Origin: Balanoglossus misakiensis
Lineage: Eukaryota; Animalia; Hemichordata
Direction of reading: 5' to 3'
Assembly: GCA_040954595.2 (NCBI GenBank)
Contig: CM082588.2
Location: forward strand, 3,846,156-3,910,155
Length of the DNA stretch: 64,000 nt
The notes under the pieces are model-generated. The model was not told where the DNA came from, ran no database searches, and saw only the letters and a list, made by a program, of their open reading frames with translations. Every line of letters starts with the position of its first letter. The first letter of the stretch is position 1. Both the position numbers and the translations under genes were made by a program. Shown piece by piece: positions 1 through 14,900 of the stretch.

Positions 1-432
1 GAGTATAACATCACATTCCTTGAACTATTTTCCTGTTCGTATCTAGGACAAACTCTGCTGCACTTAGTTTATCGTGGCGCAACATGAGTCAGTCCTTGTG
101 TTCCAATTTTTTCTCTGAATGGATTTAAACTGCCTGCACATCGCATGGCAGGCAAAGTATGTGCATTAATGCCAATCTGACATTATCCATACAAACAGAT
201 GCAACTCTGGTCCCACATAACACTACCCAGTTCGGTTGAGCGATGTGAGGTATTTGGTTTCCAAGGCACCCCGTGCCTTGCAGGGGGTAATTATTGCCAA
301 TTATTGCTTGGAATGTCGTCCACCCTACATCGCGGAAAAGGCTCTTTGTGATTGGGTAACACAGGCACCTGAACAAGGGACATCATGGATAAAAAAATCA
401 ATCAGAGAAGGGCTTCTTCAAAGGCACTGTCA

Positions 433-3400
433 TCATGTTGTTACATTGGCTGAGTCGTGTGAAGGGTTGACCCACAGCGTGCTCAAACATTTTGCCTCCT
501 GCAAAACAAGAAAACAATAAAAAATCCATGATGAATGGCCACGAAAAATAGTGACGCAATGGGACAACGATGTCTTCTCTTGTAATGTTTCATGTCCTCC
601 CCAGGAAGTCCTCAGAGATTACTTGGGAGGAAAATATTATCGTTGATATTTGCACAAACAGTGGTCTCTAAACTACTAACCTTAATGACGCAATCATCCA
701 AGATTGACTTCATTGTCAGTGGTAACGGCTTAGGGGGTGGGTGTGGCGAAGTCTCATGTTCTGAGCTTTCACTCTGTTCTGCTGACTTTATTCTCCTGTG
801 AATGAAAAAAAATAAACGGTTTATATTCACAAAATAAAACAAGTTGCTCACAGAAGAAAAGCACAGCAGTGTCTGTCTACCTTTGGGGCTTTTTCACACT
901 TGGATGTGGCGCTCACCTTTTGCCAGAAGACCCCCTGCTGTGTCTGCTGCCGCTCTTCGATGACGTCATACTTTTCTTGCTGCTGACGGTGCTGTAGACC
1001 GACCTGTGTTCCGAGAGTTCGTCTATTGCGGACAAGGGTGCCGATGGGTTGGCCGACCCGACTGTGCTCGGCAAAGCCAGGTAGCCGGTGGATTTGTCCT
1101 CCTCCAGAGGGGGTAAGTTGAGTTCTGGGGGTCCAGCTGCCCTTGGGGGTGAGGGTAGTACTGGATATTTTTGCTTTGGTTCATGGGAGACCATGCTTAT
1201 CTGAAGGGGGAGAAAGAATAAAAATGAAAATTCTATCGTGTTGGGGTATACTGTACCAGAATACAATAAATAGCATTTTTAGGTGTTTGGACAGAAACCT
1301 GATGTGCGACAGAAGTTTTGTACTTACAAGTTCTCCAATATTTGGTCCTTCTGTCATCCAAGCGAAATCTTCTTTCTTATCAAGAATTCTGAAAAATGAG
1401 AGAACAGAAACCCATAAAGAACAAATCTTGCTGAGTAGATTACATCACTAAGTAATATGATTACACCAACACTGTGGGGTTTGGCCTTTCTAGGTGACAA
1501 CATACCTGTGTGTAGCTGCCTGGTGGGCCAGCGCGTACTCGTACATTGTCCGGAGACGTCGCCTCTCGAAGTCTCGGATCCTGGCCCTCAACCGCATCTC
1601 TTCGTTCAACCGGATCATCTCGGGGTCTTCCTTCTTCGGCGCCAGGTCTAACGTGAACGTCGCTAGTTGCGGAAGCTCAATCTGGGATGCACAAAAAATA
1701 CACAGGGCGGAAATGCCAAAATTCATTGATGTGCAGTTGCAAGTGTGTCACATGCAATAAAGTGACATTCAAATGTGAAGCACAGAAAAAAGTCAAGAAG
1801 CCAAAATGCACACAGACGAGTTTCCAATACAACTGTACACAGAAGTGGTCACCAACACAGGTTGGACTGTATTCTGAAATATGCACTGACATACCTTGGG
1901 AAATCTTTGATCCACAGCCAGTGCCTTTGGGTGGATGGATGTTCTCCGTCCCTTCACAGGCGTTGCTAAGTAACTGGAAGGACCTTGCTGAGCCTGGATG
2001 GGGCAACAACAACAACACAAAGTCAATGTCATATCTATCTGTCTGTCTGTCTGTTTGACCCCCACTTTTTAGTGTGCTTGTATCTATACATCTCAGCCCA
2101 TGAACCCTAACCATGCAAAAGTTCAGGGGAAGAATATCTTTGCTTATTCTTACTTTTCTGAATTGTTGAGTGACAGCCCATTGGTGGAGATTGTTGCCCT
2201 TTGTGCTCGGCCGTGACGGTTCTTTGTCTTCTTGAATTTGACTCAGTGGAACAAAGCCTTCAGGTGGTTTTACGGACGCAAAGCTGTGGTTGCTGGAGAC
2301 TGACACAGCTGCAGGAAAAAAATGTGAAATTTTGATGAAAATATGTTGGCTTAATGTACTGAATCACTTAGTCAAATTTATTTCTCCCGAGAAGCTGCAC
2401 ATAGAAGTCCATGTACAAAAATGTACATCCAAATCTGTGGTTATTTTGCAGCACAAATCTTGAAGACACCAACAAGACTTACAGTTCACATGTACACCAC
2501 AGCATGCACAGAGTACGTCACTGACTTACAAAAACCACAACAATGAATCACAGAGGTTATCATTGCACAGCCAGGATGAACCCTGGTCTTTCGGGAGATT
2601 ATGCTCTGTCATAGTGCGACCTTTGGCTTTTGACACAGCATCAAAATGGGGGGGGGGGGGGGATCACAGTGGGACAACACGACACAGACGAAAACTCAAG
2701 TGTTCACCCTTGTTTGCATGTAACTGTCCAATTGGATGGAGTTTGTGTCTTTGAAGTCGGGCATTGAGCATCCACACTGAAAAGTACACTGTTACATTAA
2801 AGAACAATCTGTACACCACCAAGCAACTCCAAGAAAACCCAGATGTCCCATCTACCAGACTACAGCATTCCACCTCAAGGTACAAACCTCACTTCAGAAA
2901 TACAACGTATCACACTTGGTTTCTGTTTCACACTGGGAACTACAGCTATATATACCCCCCCCCCCCTCTTTGCCACACTGCTTCTGTGGAGGTATTTTAT
3001 AAAGCCATCAATGCTAACAGAAGGAATACAGCCAACAGGCCAGATAGGTAACACTACCCCACGGGATAAAAGGCAAAATAGAATTACATGCAAAATGTAA
3101 ACACAAGCTCCACACACACACAAAAAAGTTCCTCTCCGCTTTTACTGTTCGTGACAATTTCACCCAATCTTCGGTTTCTTTTTGATTCTGGACTGATCGT
3201 TACAACTGTGAAAGTGTAAACAGAAAGTGTTCAGGAATTTAAACAAGACAGCAAATACTCACTAGACGGCGAATCAAGATTGGTGCCACTGTCGTCATTA
3301 CTGTTACTCTCGGCCAGGCCGAACATTTCAATGTATTTTTCCGGCGTTTGCAGATCTTCCCAGAAACTGTCAACCTCTGTCTGTGTCTTCAGCTTTCCCT

Positions 3401-6400
3401 CCTTGGTCATCTTATCCTGCAGTTCAATTATCTGGGAAAAATGGGAAAGGGAAGATGCTACAGATCTTGGCACTTTCATCCAAGATATCACCATTTTGTT
3501 TGTAATGGTTCAGTCAGACCCTCTCACATCGAACGATACTGTCAATATTTAAAAGAATATGGCTAAAATAGTTTCAACTGAGAAATCAACTATGCTTACC
3601 CTAGACCACTGTGTTTTTGGCAGTTCTCTTAAGAATGCATTGTCATGAGACAGTTGAGACCTCTCCTTGGTAAACTTCATCTGGCGTGAGTCTGCTCTCT
3701 GGAAACAAATAGTACATGTTGTCGCATCAATTAATTTATAGAATTGACACAGAGTTACCACAAGATTTTCGTAAACTTAACCAGCATCATACTTTTCAAA
3801 ATCACTTCTAATTGTCTGGGAAAAACATTCACTCACCGACTTTTGTTTTTTCTCTTCTAATTTCTGATTGAGCTCATCCGTCTTTTTCTGGATGTCCTTT
3901 CTCTGTTTCTGAACTTTTTCATTCAATGCTGTCATGTACTCAAAGTAGTAGTGGTTTCTCAGCTTGGTCAGATCTTCCAATACTTGCATATGTTTCTAGT
4001 GTGACAGATGGAAATGGATAAAAAAATTAATAAATTAGCTGATGTTATGGCAGGTAAAATCACAGAAATGGGAAAAATGTGACAATACATTTCATATAAT
4101 TTGGGGATTCTTTCATAAGAGTCAGCCAGTTGTTTCTGCAGCTCTAACCACTCTAGTAGTCACTGCACGGATACACACTTGTGATTTTACAGGCACTTGG
4201 GACGAAAATAAATCCAAAACCCGGAAATCCATTATGGAAAGTCCAGTAAATATTTAATCAGTGGAAGAAAGATCATTGATTTCTTTCTTTAAATGATGCA
4301 GCTATGTAGATATGCTAAGTTTCTTCAGCTGAGTAAGCTGACTGCAAGATGCTTGTTCTTCAAGTGATTCACAGCAAGTGTGTGTGTGTGAAGAAAAGAA
4401 TGTCAAAAAAGGCCAAGGTAGGTCAGTGCTGCGATTGAAACCAATTGTCAAATTCAAGTAAACAGCAGTTCACAAGTGTTGAAAACAGCAGAATGGAGAA
4501 TATCGTGTATGAAACGATGTTCGATGAAAACACAACACCAAAACCAATTTCTAGAATGCTAAAACGAGTGAAAGTGAACGTGACGAACATGGATATGCAT
4601 TTTTTTTCTCAACAAATGCCATGCATTGCGTGTGTGATAGTCTATACACAGCACAGACAAGGTTTGAGAATTTGTATGAACAGAAAAAACAGGTTGGAAG
4701 CAGAACAACCTCCAATGACATTACAGAAGAACTTTGAATGATACATGGTCTTTTGACAAACATGGACAAACAGAATGAAAAACATTTGAAAGTGGCATAA
4801 ATGCATTTCACGTGATAAAAAAAAACAACACGACAAAAACCGATGACATGACATGACACATTACACCTGGTGGGTTTTTATCTTACCAATATAGCACCTC
4901 TGAGATTTATTCTGCCATCTGGTTTAGCTAGACTAGCCAATACGGACTGCGGAAGAGCAGGGTTTGCATGGATAAAGGGTTAGTGAGAAATTAATGAATC
5001 GGGCGGTATAGCAATCAACAAGGCGGCATGCAAGGTATTGCCAGTTATGTCCAAGCAACAAAGGTAATGTACATGTGTGTGGAGCCAGAGCTGTTGTAGA
5101 AACACTTGTCTACAATTTCAAACGTTCTATTTGTGCTATGTTATCAGCCATGTTCTGCAAGTGAACTCAGTGAAACAATCTTCCTTGATTGAAACAGTAC
5201 TCTGGCACACACATACATGTACTAATACACAACTTAAAGATTACATGAAAGTAAAAAAAAATTACCGCAATCACCAAATAAGCTTGTTGATTATATAGGC
5301 ATGTAAAATCATGCATTGCCAAGCAAGGGGTTGGGAAGGTTACCGTTATTTTGATTTTGATCAGTAGTTGAAAAAGTTTGAAAAGAAGGTTGCCTTAAGA
5401 GATCTTGATCACAATGACTCCCAGTCATAGATCATTAATAAGACATGATTCAAATGTCATCATGCTAAAATAGAATAGTTAGGAATTATTTTACAGAGAG
5501 CTACAGATGTTTGCTAATGATAACAAAAACATAGTAAGCATAGTTGGCAGTTGATCTGTGATCAATATGCCTGTAAAGATGCAGAAACTTTCGATTTCTT
5601 AGAAACAGATTTACAAAAGTGTGTCAAAACAAACAGCCAGACCACTGTGGGGAAATATTTTCTCACCTGTCCAACAGAAGGCAAAACAGTGCATTTTAAT
5701 TTAAATCACACAAAATACACTGCAGAATTTATCATAAAAAGTGGAACTGAGTTTTTCTGGAAACTTACCTGTTGTAATTCTTGCAATCTTTGTGCTTCTC
5801 TTTCGCCGTCGTCATCAAATGACGCTGGACTTTTAGATTTTTTCCCTTTCTTCTTCTTGCGTTTCTTATATGCCTGTACGATAACCGTAAGCCACCATCA
5901 AACATGGCAGAATACCAGTGTTGATTAAATTGCTCACAAAATCAGTATAAAACACCATTTTTCGGTTTTGTTTCAGATCCACATTCAACAAACAAGATGC
6001 TTCTTGTCTTCACCTTTAGGAAACTTCTTAGTAGTTACAGCATTAAAAGAATATGTATTTCTCATGTTCAATTGTGAAAAAAGTGATGACGGAATCTATA
6101 AAGATGATTTGATTACCATTTCTGTGGATGTCGGTGAGTGCACAGGGATGTCTCCACTTTCCAGAAATTTCTGGCGGAGTGTGTTGTAAGACATCTCTGA
6201 AGCCGTGAGACTGACATTGGACTTCTGTGACTGTCTTGTCGATGGTCGAGATTTACTCTGAAATATCACCAAGTATTACAAGTGTTAACACATATGTGTG
6301 CTCAGATGCTATGTTCTACGTAAGGAAATGTCAATGTCATAATTGACCTCGATTGTGAGACTCGACATCAGCTTATCCTGAAATGAGTACTATAAGCCAT

Positions 6401-6803
6401 AGGTTTTGCTAAGGTTACAGTATTGAGGATTTAACACACAGTGCTAATAAAGATGGTGCTATAACTATCAGAACGCCACCTTCGGAACTTTATACAATGT
6501 ACAGAAACAATGTCATCTTCGAAAAATGATAGCTGATCATGCTCTCTCTGGCACAGTGCACTACACTGTGACAGATTGATAGCCTATGTACATTACATTG
6601 TGACACAACTACAGTAGGAAATCCCCGAAGAGATCATGCGTCGTTCGTTGAAATAAAAGGCACTACAAACGATTGATTGAAACGTGAGCTACACAGACCT
6701 CTTCGTTTCCATCTTTAGAACTCCTTCTGTCGCTTTGCTTCTCAAACGTGACCTCTTTTTGCTTGTTTTCTGGCGACGTTTTCTCTCCCTCGGCGTCAGC
6801 CAT
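433..6803 (-). CDS. Uncharacterised multi-exon protein (~577 aa; Lys-rich and Ser-rich low-complexity segments, predicted coiled coil)
   Basis: 13 exons with GT-AG boundaries and consistent phases: 6803-6699, 6257-6117, 5873-5769, 3995-3837, 3698-3600, 3431-3263, 2308-2154, 1993-1895, 1681-1506, 1388-1328, 1200-917, 795-681, 498-433 (TGA). Reads MADAEGEKTSPENKQKEVTF...HMQVLEDLTKLRNHYYFEYMTALNEKVQKQR...RFPKIELPQLATFTLDL...EAKCLSTLWVNPSHDSANVTT*. I do not recognise the family. Extra exons in the 4.0-5.7 kb intron cannot be excluded. Confidence 0.8.
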
Positions 6804-7102
6804 GATTGCTGGTTGTTTTGGCAACAGCCCCTTTTAACCTTTGACCCATCGACTGCTGCCACCTACAGGAGACATATTGAAAATAACGCACTTCCGAGAA
6901 CCCGCTTACCGGCACGGCTGTTTCGTTGATTTTGGGGAGTGTATCTCTTTCTGATGTGGAATATCGTTGCTTATTACGGTCCTTGATATTCCAGGAAAGG
7001 GAAAACGTTAGAATCCTAACCTAGTAAAATATATTTATCAGTAAACCACTGACCTCGGGCTAAACGAGAACGGACGAGAACTGATGCGTGGTAGATTTCA
7101 AC
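6804..7102. promoter_or_regulatory. Bidirectional promoter region shared by the uncharacterised gene and UFL1
   Basis: Divergent ATGs at 6803 (-) and 7103 (+) are only ~300 bp apart. Contains an RFX X-box-like imperfect palindrome GTTGTTTTGGCAAC at 6812-6825. Confidence 0.65.
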
Positions 7103-10100
7103 ATGTCGAGTGCCGACTGGGAAGAAGTAAGGCGATTGGCAGCAGATTTTCAGCGAGCGCTGCTGAGCAGCGCCAATCAGAGGTTAGTAAACCGGTCTCT
7201 CAGACTGTCTCGGTTGGTCTTATATTGAAAATGTGTTGATCTTGTGCGGGAAGTAATTCCTCCATCCATAGATCGTCATCAAGGGACATCGATCATCACC
7301 AGTTGAATGATCGTATACAACTTATACACACACAATCACTTGTTTTCTAGACGGTCATTCCGTGACCTGCTTCCTGTCATACAAAAAGAGGCCCAGGCCT
7401 ATTTTTCTATGACATAGCTGGATGGAAAACAGTCGATTTCTGTGCACACCCATAAATATTTACTTTCAGATTACCTTGCAAAGTTGCCATGGGATGATTG
7501 ATACGTGATTGATTGATTGGTCAAGTTTGTCTTTAAAGGTACACTTAGCTTCCATATAAAGAATAAAACAAAGAAACTTAATGATTGTCTTTACACAGCT
7601 TGTCAGAACGTAACTGCATTGAAATTGTCAACAAACTTGTAGAAGACAAATTACTGGATGTAATCCACACCAATGATGGGAAAGAATACCTGACACACGC
7701 ACAGCTGACCAGAGAAATAAAAGATGAGCACATTGTCCATGGAGGTAAGGCATCATCCCCATGGCAACCTGCCATGGTAACACTGAACATGTAGCTTAAT
7801 AAAGTATGCCAAGCCTTTTAGTGGTCTTAGATATAGTCATACTTCTTGAATTGTAACTACAGAATTTTGAAATATTCAAGATTTTTTGTATTATTTTTTT
7901 CAGGAAGGATAAACCTGGTTGATTTGCAACAGGTAAATGTTTTGCATTATCATAACTGATGTACACTGCCCATGATCCACAATGGATGTTTCATCATGTA
8001 ACAGAATATGGCTCTGAAGTAATATTGAAAGTATGGCTTGAATAATGTTGAATTCTCTCTTCAATTTCATTCTCAGATACTCAATGTTGATTTCAGCCAT
8101 GTGGAAGCTAAGGCCAACGAGATCGTCAAAGCTGACAAGACCATAACCTTGATTCTCGGACAGCTTATTGACAAGTAAAGTCATCTTCTTGTATTTGTAA
8201 AAAGGGACAATAAATGCAACTTTTAGCAGGTTTGAGTGACTTTTAGTCCAATTAAAAAAAGATGATTTGTGAAAATATATTGCCTGTATGACTAACTAAG
8301 TCTCTGAATAATATTTTATGTGTTGCAGTGACTATCTTGATAAAATAGCAGATGAGATCAATGATAAATTACAAGAAACAGGTCAAGTTACCATTGGAGA
8401 GCTCACCACACTGTATGGATTACCAGGAGACTTCATCACAGAGGTACATGTAATGTGACATCATAAATTCACCCCTCCCCCTCCCTTAATTGTGTAGATC
8501 CCTTAAGATGTGTACCAGCACACACCCCTGAGTACAATTCCCAACTCATCAAATTGATTTCCTTTCATATGTGCCCTCATTATCAGCTTGTGGAAGAGAG
8601 GCTTGGAACTATAATACAAGGTCAGATGGATCAGTACGATCGAGGGGTCATCTTCACAGAGGCATTTGTAGCCAGACACACTGCCCAAATCAGAGGAGTT
8701 TTTAGTGCAATCACAAGGTATGCTTACAAGAATAACAGTGTGGAGAAGACTACTGTCATTAACTTTCATGGCAGGACATTTATTTTAGTAAAGCAGTTTT
8801 TCAATCTTATTGGATTATATATAACAGAGACTACTGTCTTTTGTTGGAACAGTGATTTTCATTTGCCATCACTTCCATGCAAATTTACTTTATCCTTTGT
8901 TTTTTCTTCCAGACCAACACAAGTAATCAATATTCTCAATCAGTACAAGTTTCAAGAGAAGCTGTTCTACAGTAAGTATATTTCACTCGAAACATGCGAA
9001 GTAAGGATAAAACATCCCCCAAACAGATAGAAATAAAAATTCGGTCTTCTTGGTAGTTATATATTACCATGTGAGTAATTTTGTTTTTACAGCCGTAATT
9101 GATGACTTGATCAACAGTGGTCGACTAAAAGGTAACATTGTTGGCGGCCGTCAAGGCAAGGCTTCCTACATGCCGGAAATCTATGCAAAGACACAGAACG
9201 ATTGGGTGGATTCATTCTACAAACAAAATGGATATCTTGGTGAGTACCTTGCCCTTTGACCACAATCACCTTGAGCTGTGTCCTTGCATAACCAAATGTG
9301 GAATAATATTGGTAGAAATAAAGCATTTCTGTCAATTTATAGTGAATAGAATTGTCAGGAGTGTTTGTTATACTTGTACACTTTTTATTTTCAGAGTATG
9401 ACACTCTCAGTAGACTTGGCATCACAGATGGCAAGCTGTTTGTCAAGAGAAAGTACAAATCGGAAAACTTGGTATTCCTGCAGAGTGTGTGCGTCGGAAA
9501 TTCAATCCGAGATAATGTGGAAGCCAGCATGGATGAGGCTTTATCAAGTGGTTCCTGGATAGATATTACAGTACGTTTTATTTTTGTCTTTTTGATGGCC
9601 AGTTGGGTCAGATATTCGCAATGACATTAGCAAATGCTGTATTCACAATTTTCACTACTTGTTGTCTCTCCCCCCCCCCTTCTATCTTTTCCAGCCATTA
9701 CTTCCATCGCCATTTACCAACACCGACGCAAATCAGCTTCTGCAGCACATCACCAAGGGGAAGAGCAACGCCAGGGTTTTCTGCAACAGTATTGTGTCCA
9801 GCCAGAAATTCATCAGTGGCTGCCAGAAGCCGTTTGATAGCCTGATGAAGTCAAAAGCCGAATCAGTGAGTGAGACATAGGGATTATAGAAATTCCCTGG
9901 GAATACTCAAAATCTTTCTGAACTTTATATAATCTACCAGTATTGCCCATAAGGAATAGCATTCTTAATTAATAGTTCTCTTTCTTCTCAGGATTCAAGA
10001 AATGCAACTTCCATCTTCCTCCAAGAGAAAGACACCGCCCAGACCGGCACCGGAGACGCCAAGAAAGATAAAAGAGACGACCGCCGGAAACGGGCCGGGG

Positions 10101-11886
10101 CCGGCAGCGGAAGCACTCATTCCGGAGGCGGCGGGAATGCCCGGGAAGTGAAAACCAGGAAAGCCAAGAAAGGCAGAGGCAGGGGAGGGGATGAGGAGGA
10201 GGAAGATATGGAATCTTCAGCTCCAGGTGAAGTTATGTTTTTAGGGATTCATAATGTTTGTGAAGTTGAATAAAATACAGTTAAGCTCATTATTTCTTTA
10301 ACATTCACAGCACCCAAGGGCAAACAGAAGGAACTGAAGTTCATGTCTGTAGAAGAAATTGAAGAAATACTTAGGGGAAACCTGAATGAGTGTCCTGACG
10401 AATTTATCTCAGAAATAGCGACTGAACTTCACAGGTGAGTGATCGACACTTTTACCGGTAGTTTCAGATATCATGTCAGAATTATAAAAATGCTACATTT
10501 TCACGTTGACTAAAAATGTCCATTTCAGACCACTGAGCAAGGCATATCAAGATGTGGCAAAATCAGTATTCTTAGAAGCCACCGGTGAGGGTGCCAGCAG
10601 TGACCGCCGCAAGACGCATTCGGAACTGCAAGATAAAGTCACTGGACTCTGGACGAACATTAAATTGTTTGAAAAGGGAACCAGGGTTGTTGGCGGTAGG
10701 TTGAAGATAACATTTCTGCATTTACTGAGAGATGACCTTTAACCCTTTCACCTCCATTTCTCTGTTGAGTGGTGAAGAGTTTAACCGTTTTCAATGTTCG
10801 TTTTCTTTCCTAGCAGAAGAACTCCAAGGTCAGCTGGTGAGGTATCTGCTGAAGACACTGTGTTCCGACATCGCGAATTTACTGTTTGAAACCATCGCCA
10901 GGGACAACATGGTGACGGTCAGAGAGACAACCATTACACCAGAGGTGAGTGGCTAAAGCTGAAGTCTCACCCATCCCCCCACACTTGATGTCAGACTATT
11001 TAACCTGCTGTGAAACCTTGCATAAGTTCACATTTTCCACTCGTAAATCTCACTTTTGTATTTTCCCTCGTTACAGATACGTGCCAAAATGCTGACCAAG
11101 TTTCCAGACCAGATCAGCAGTACCATGAGTAAACTACATGCATCCTTGGCTGGCAAGGTGAGCCTATCTCATCTCATTTCACATACCTGCAGAAATTGTA
11201 CTGTCTCCAAAGTTCAGTATGTCTGATACATAATAGTTTTCAAATCAACCGTTGTCTTGATTCTTGATTCTTTGTAGGCGTTTGAAGAGTTCAGCGAGGC
11301 GTTTGAAGATGCTTCGTCGCTGTGTGACTTGATGCTGAAGAAGACAGACAAGAAAAAAGAAAGGTAAGCTGATAACCTGGACACGATGTGTCTGATTTTT
11401 ACTTATTAATAACTGTCCTATGTGGTACCAGATGGGGGCATGACAAAGGCATGAAGTACATTGGTTTGTACTTATGTTTATTTGTATTTTAATACCCACA
11501 GACAGCTGGTGTTTAACCATCGGCAAGCTCTGACGGAACAACTGCGACAGGAGCTTGAGCCTGCAATGGCGCTGCACCTAGCCACAGTGCTGCTCTTTCA
11601 GACACACACCAGCTGCATGGTGCACACTCCCGGCCGGTGCGTGCCACAACTCCTAGCCTTCCTGGCCGATTACCTGCCCCTGGAACAACTGGAGGGACTG
11701 CAGAAGTTCCAGGGCCTCGTCCAGAAGAGGTTGGGCACAGGCAGGGAGAGGCCGGAGGGCAGCGACGAGAAAGAGGAATGCGAGGATAACCAGGATGATG
11801 ATGTCATTCATCAGCTGAACGACCTGTTGCCCAGTGTGAAGGATATTGCACTAGCGAAGAAGACCTCTTCGACGGGTGATCTCTGA
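7103..11886 (+). CDS. UFL1: E3 UFM1-protein ligase 1
   Basis: N-terminus [19 protein letters not shown]...[13 protein letters not shown] and internal [50 protein letters not shown] match the UFL1 family. 17 GT-AG exons: 7103-7182, 7599-7744, 7904-7932, 8077-8174, 8329-8443, 8587-8717, 8913-8971, 9093-9239, 9395-9570, 9695-9865, 9992-10226, 10311-10434, 10529-10695, 10814/10817-10944, 11077-11157, 11278-11363, 11502-11886. Confidence 0.95.
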
Positions 11887-11957
11887 AGACCGCCACCAAG
11901 TGGGTGGGTTTAAAAATATATACCATGACACAAATCTAGATATATATATCTTGGAAA

Positions 11958-11963
11958 AATAAA
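11958..11963 (+). terminator. Putative polyadenylation signal of UFL1
   Basis: AATAAA ~70 nt after the stop codon, followed by GT/T-rich sequence. Confidence 0.45.
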
Positions 11964-14900
11964 AAAAGGAACTTCTAAATCATGATGTTGTTTTGGTTTT
12001 TAATCAAGTGTATGTGATTGCTGTCAATCAAGATTGTGAATACTGTTGGACTGTTTTCTATTGCAAATGAAAGCTTGAATTTCGTCAAGTCCTCTGATGA
12101 AATTTCAGGCATCTTTGGACCACAATTACTTGAGTGTACCGCCCCCTGGAGTCCAGTCGGAGTTTCAAAGAAACAAATTCTATTGGAACTTGCCGCAATA
12201 TGCAATATACCCTTTGTTTTATGGTGGTGACAAAAGCTTCAAAAGCCAGCCGACAAAGGGAAAGAATAGGCGGTCATTACCGTGACCTTTGACATACAAA
12301 TTAGAGCCCATTCGAGAGTGGGCGGCGCATTGTTCTGGTCGCCAGCTTCGACAAAAATGATACCATTTCTGAAATTCTGTTGCTACGTGTGAATTAACCC
12401 AACGTGATAAGCTCGGGCACACAGATTCACTTATCACGACGGTGTTGGTTTGCGAAACAAAGAGATTCCGAGGACAGGGGTTGTAATATTCAGCGAGAAA
12501 ATTGTACAATATCTGAAATGATTGCCGTGACGCAGGCCTGTGATCTCGCCGAAGCGCTGTTCCCGGCCATTGTATTGTCGTAAAACGTCATAAAACGCAA
12601 ATGAGTTGGGTCCGCTCTCTCATTGCTATTGCCAGATGAACAAATGATTTCTCGTAAAAAAACAAAACGAGAAATTATAGGAAATTGAAATACATGTATA
12701 CAAATCGGAAATCATGCTCCGCCATCACCAAATAAGATGAAGGCGAACTCTTGGAGTTGTTTAACTCAGGATCACTTTAGTAAGTATTCAATCGAAAGTA
12801 TTCAAACTTTTTTTACAAATTTAGATTTGAAAATTCGGCAGTCAATGGCGTTAACGGACAGTTTTGCACAATGCCATCGGCTTGGCGAATCTGGTGCGGC
12901 TTATTCGACACTCCGATCGATCTGGGGAACCAGTTTGAGTCGAGGTGACCGCATATTAAACCAAAACGTTCTCAGTCATTCCAGGTATAAAACTGAAACA
13001 CAATGCGAGCAGTAGAATAACCGCAAGACATTTCCGCGGGCGGGGTCACTCGTGTGCACAGCAGTAAAACTCAACGTCTTAAAAGTTGCGCTTCGAACAA
13101 AAAATCCATATTATAGGGCGAGGACATTACTTATACACGCTCGGTAAACATCGTAATATGCCGGTACGGGGAACGGTGACTTTCAGACGGCTTTGTAAAA
13201 GACCGAACGCCGAACATTCCAACAGAGTAAACGTCATTAACGCCAGTCAGAAGAAACAAATTAGTTTTCTGCAGAGAACATGATAATTATATAGCTTGTT
13301 TACAACTTGGAATAGTGGCAATAAAATGAAAGAGAAAAATGCTGATTTTCTTTTCTTGGACTCCCTGTGTGGTAAAAAAGCTGAGAATTTTTCGCCCTTT
13401 GTAAGAAAAAATAGACATCATGATGTGAATCGGGTGAATGTAACCTCCGTTCTTGATAATTTACTGTGGCCATTTCTTGAGCGTGTGTAAATTGTCCATT
13501 TGTATGCTCGACTTGGCAAAAAGGATTTTGTTCCTGGTGTCGGTGAAAACAACATCAGTATAATGCGCTTTTAGAGCGTTAAAACACGTTTATAACACGA
13601 GACACGAACCGATATGTGACAATTTCTTGTTGTAGAATGTGTGGCGGGCATCACAACTCAGCTCCAGGCGTCGGTTGGACCATAGATTCTATGGTTGGAC
13701 ATACGCTGAAGGAAAACGGAATTCAACGATTGGCCCTGAAATCGGTAATTTTCTCTTCTGATAACAATTAGGAAAGACTGAAATGTTTTATTTTGACATA
13801 AATGTGATCACTACTCGTAACTCTTCCGTTTGGGTGAAACCACTGCAATATTTAAAGTCTTACCGATGCGAACTGACAGACGAAAATTCGTAATGAAAGC
13901 AAGACATCTTGTCTCTTCTACCCGTTGCGCGTAAAACGCTGTTTTTCGAAAATGATAACGTTGATGGCGCCTTTGTAAATGAATGTGGAACAACTGCACA
14001 CCTGCCGAGGCCAGCTTTCGCCGACGGGACGTGGGTGAAAGTTCATGCTAGCTTATCGCTGGCTTATTCGTTTCCCGTACGCCTACGTCATCCCGAGCGC
14101 GTCCGTTTAGTGTCCTTTGTTTTACATTAATTATTGGCCCTCCTTTCGTGGTTAATCAGACAATATCGCGACGCTGTTTCCTCCTTGTTTCAGAAATCGC
14201 GTGAATCATCAAAGATGAAATGAAGAAAAGGGAGAATGTCGACCAGGGCGACGGTCTTCCTGTCTTTACTGAATGCATCGCGCTGATGATGAGCAAACTT
14301 TTTACGAGACCTTGATTGTCTGCAAATTAATTAAACCTTTTAAGAGAGTCGTAATGATTAACATGTCACTCTCTCTGAGCAGGAATCATCAAACCGCATT
14401 TGAATGCCACCCGTAAGATTTCTAAAAAATGTTGATATAATACATCCTGTCCAAAAGGTAAATGTATGGAATCAGTGACATTATGAGTATAGCAAGACAA
14501 CTTTTCATATCTGTCCTGTGCTTTTTTGCCTTGAAGACGCTTATCTGCGTTGCAGTCTATCCTTTCATGTAAAATAACAAAAAATACGAACGTGGAAATA
14601 ACAATAATAAACAATTTAATAGATTTGACATCGCGCATCATCCCAACAGAATCGAGGTCTTGCGGGTTAACGAAGACAATAAAACGAAATTAGCCCATCC
14701 CGATATAGGATTTAACTTTTTTTGACTAAAATCGAAATTTATGTCGAGTTTACCAAATTGAACACGACCAAACATTATTATTTGAATAAATATATTATCG
14801 CAATTGACTATTTTTGACGTTATACCGGTTGTCGTTGAATTTCGTGCTGACAGTCAAAACCCGTCGAGTCATCGGAACTGGCCGCGGACTCGTTCAACAA

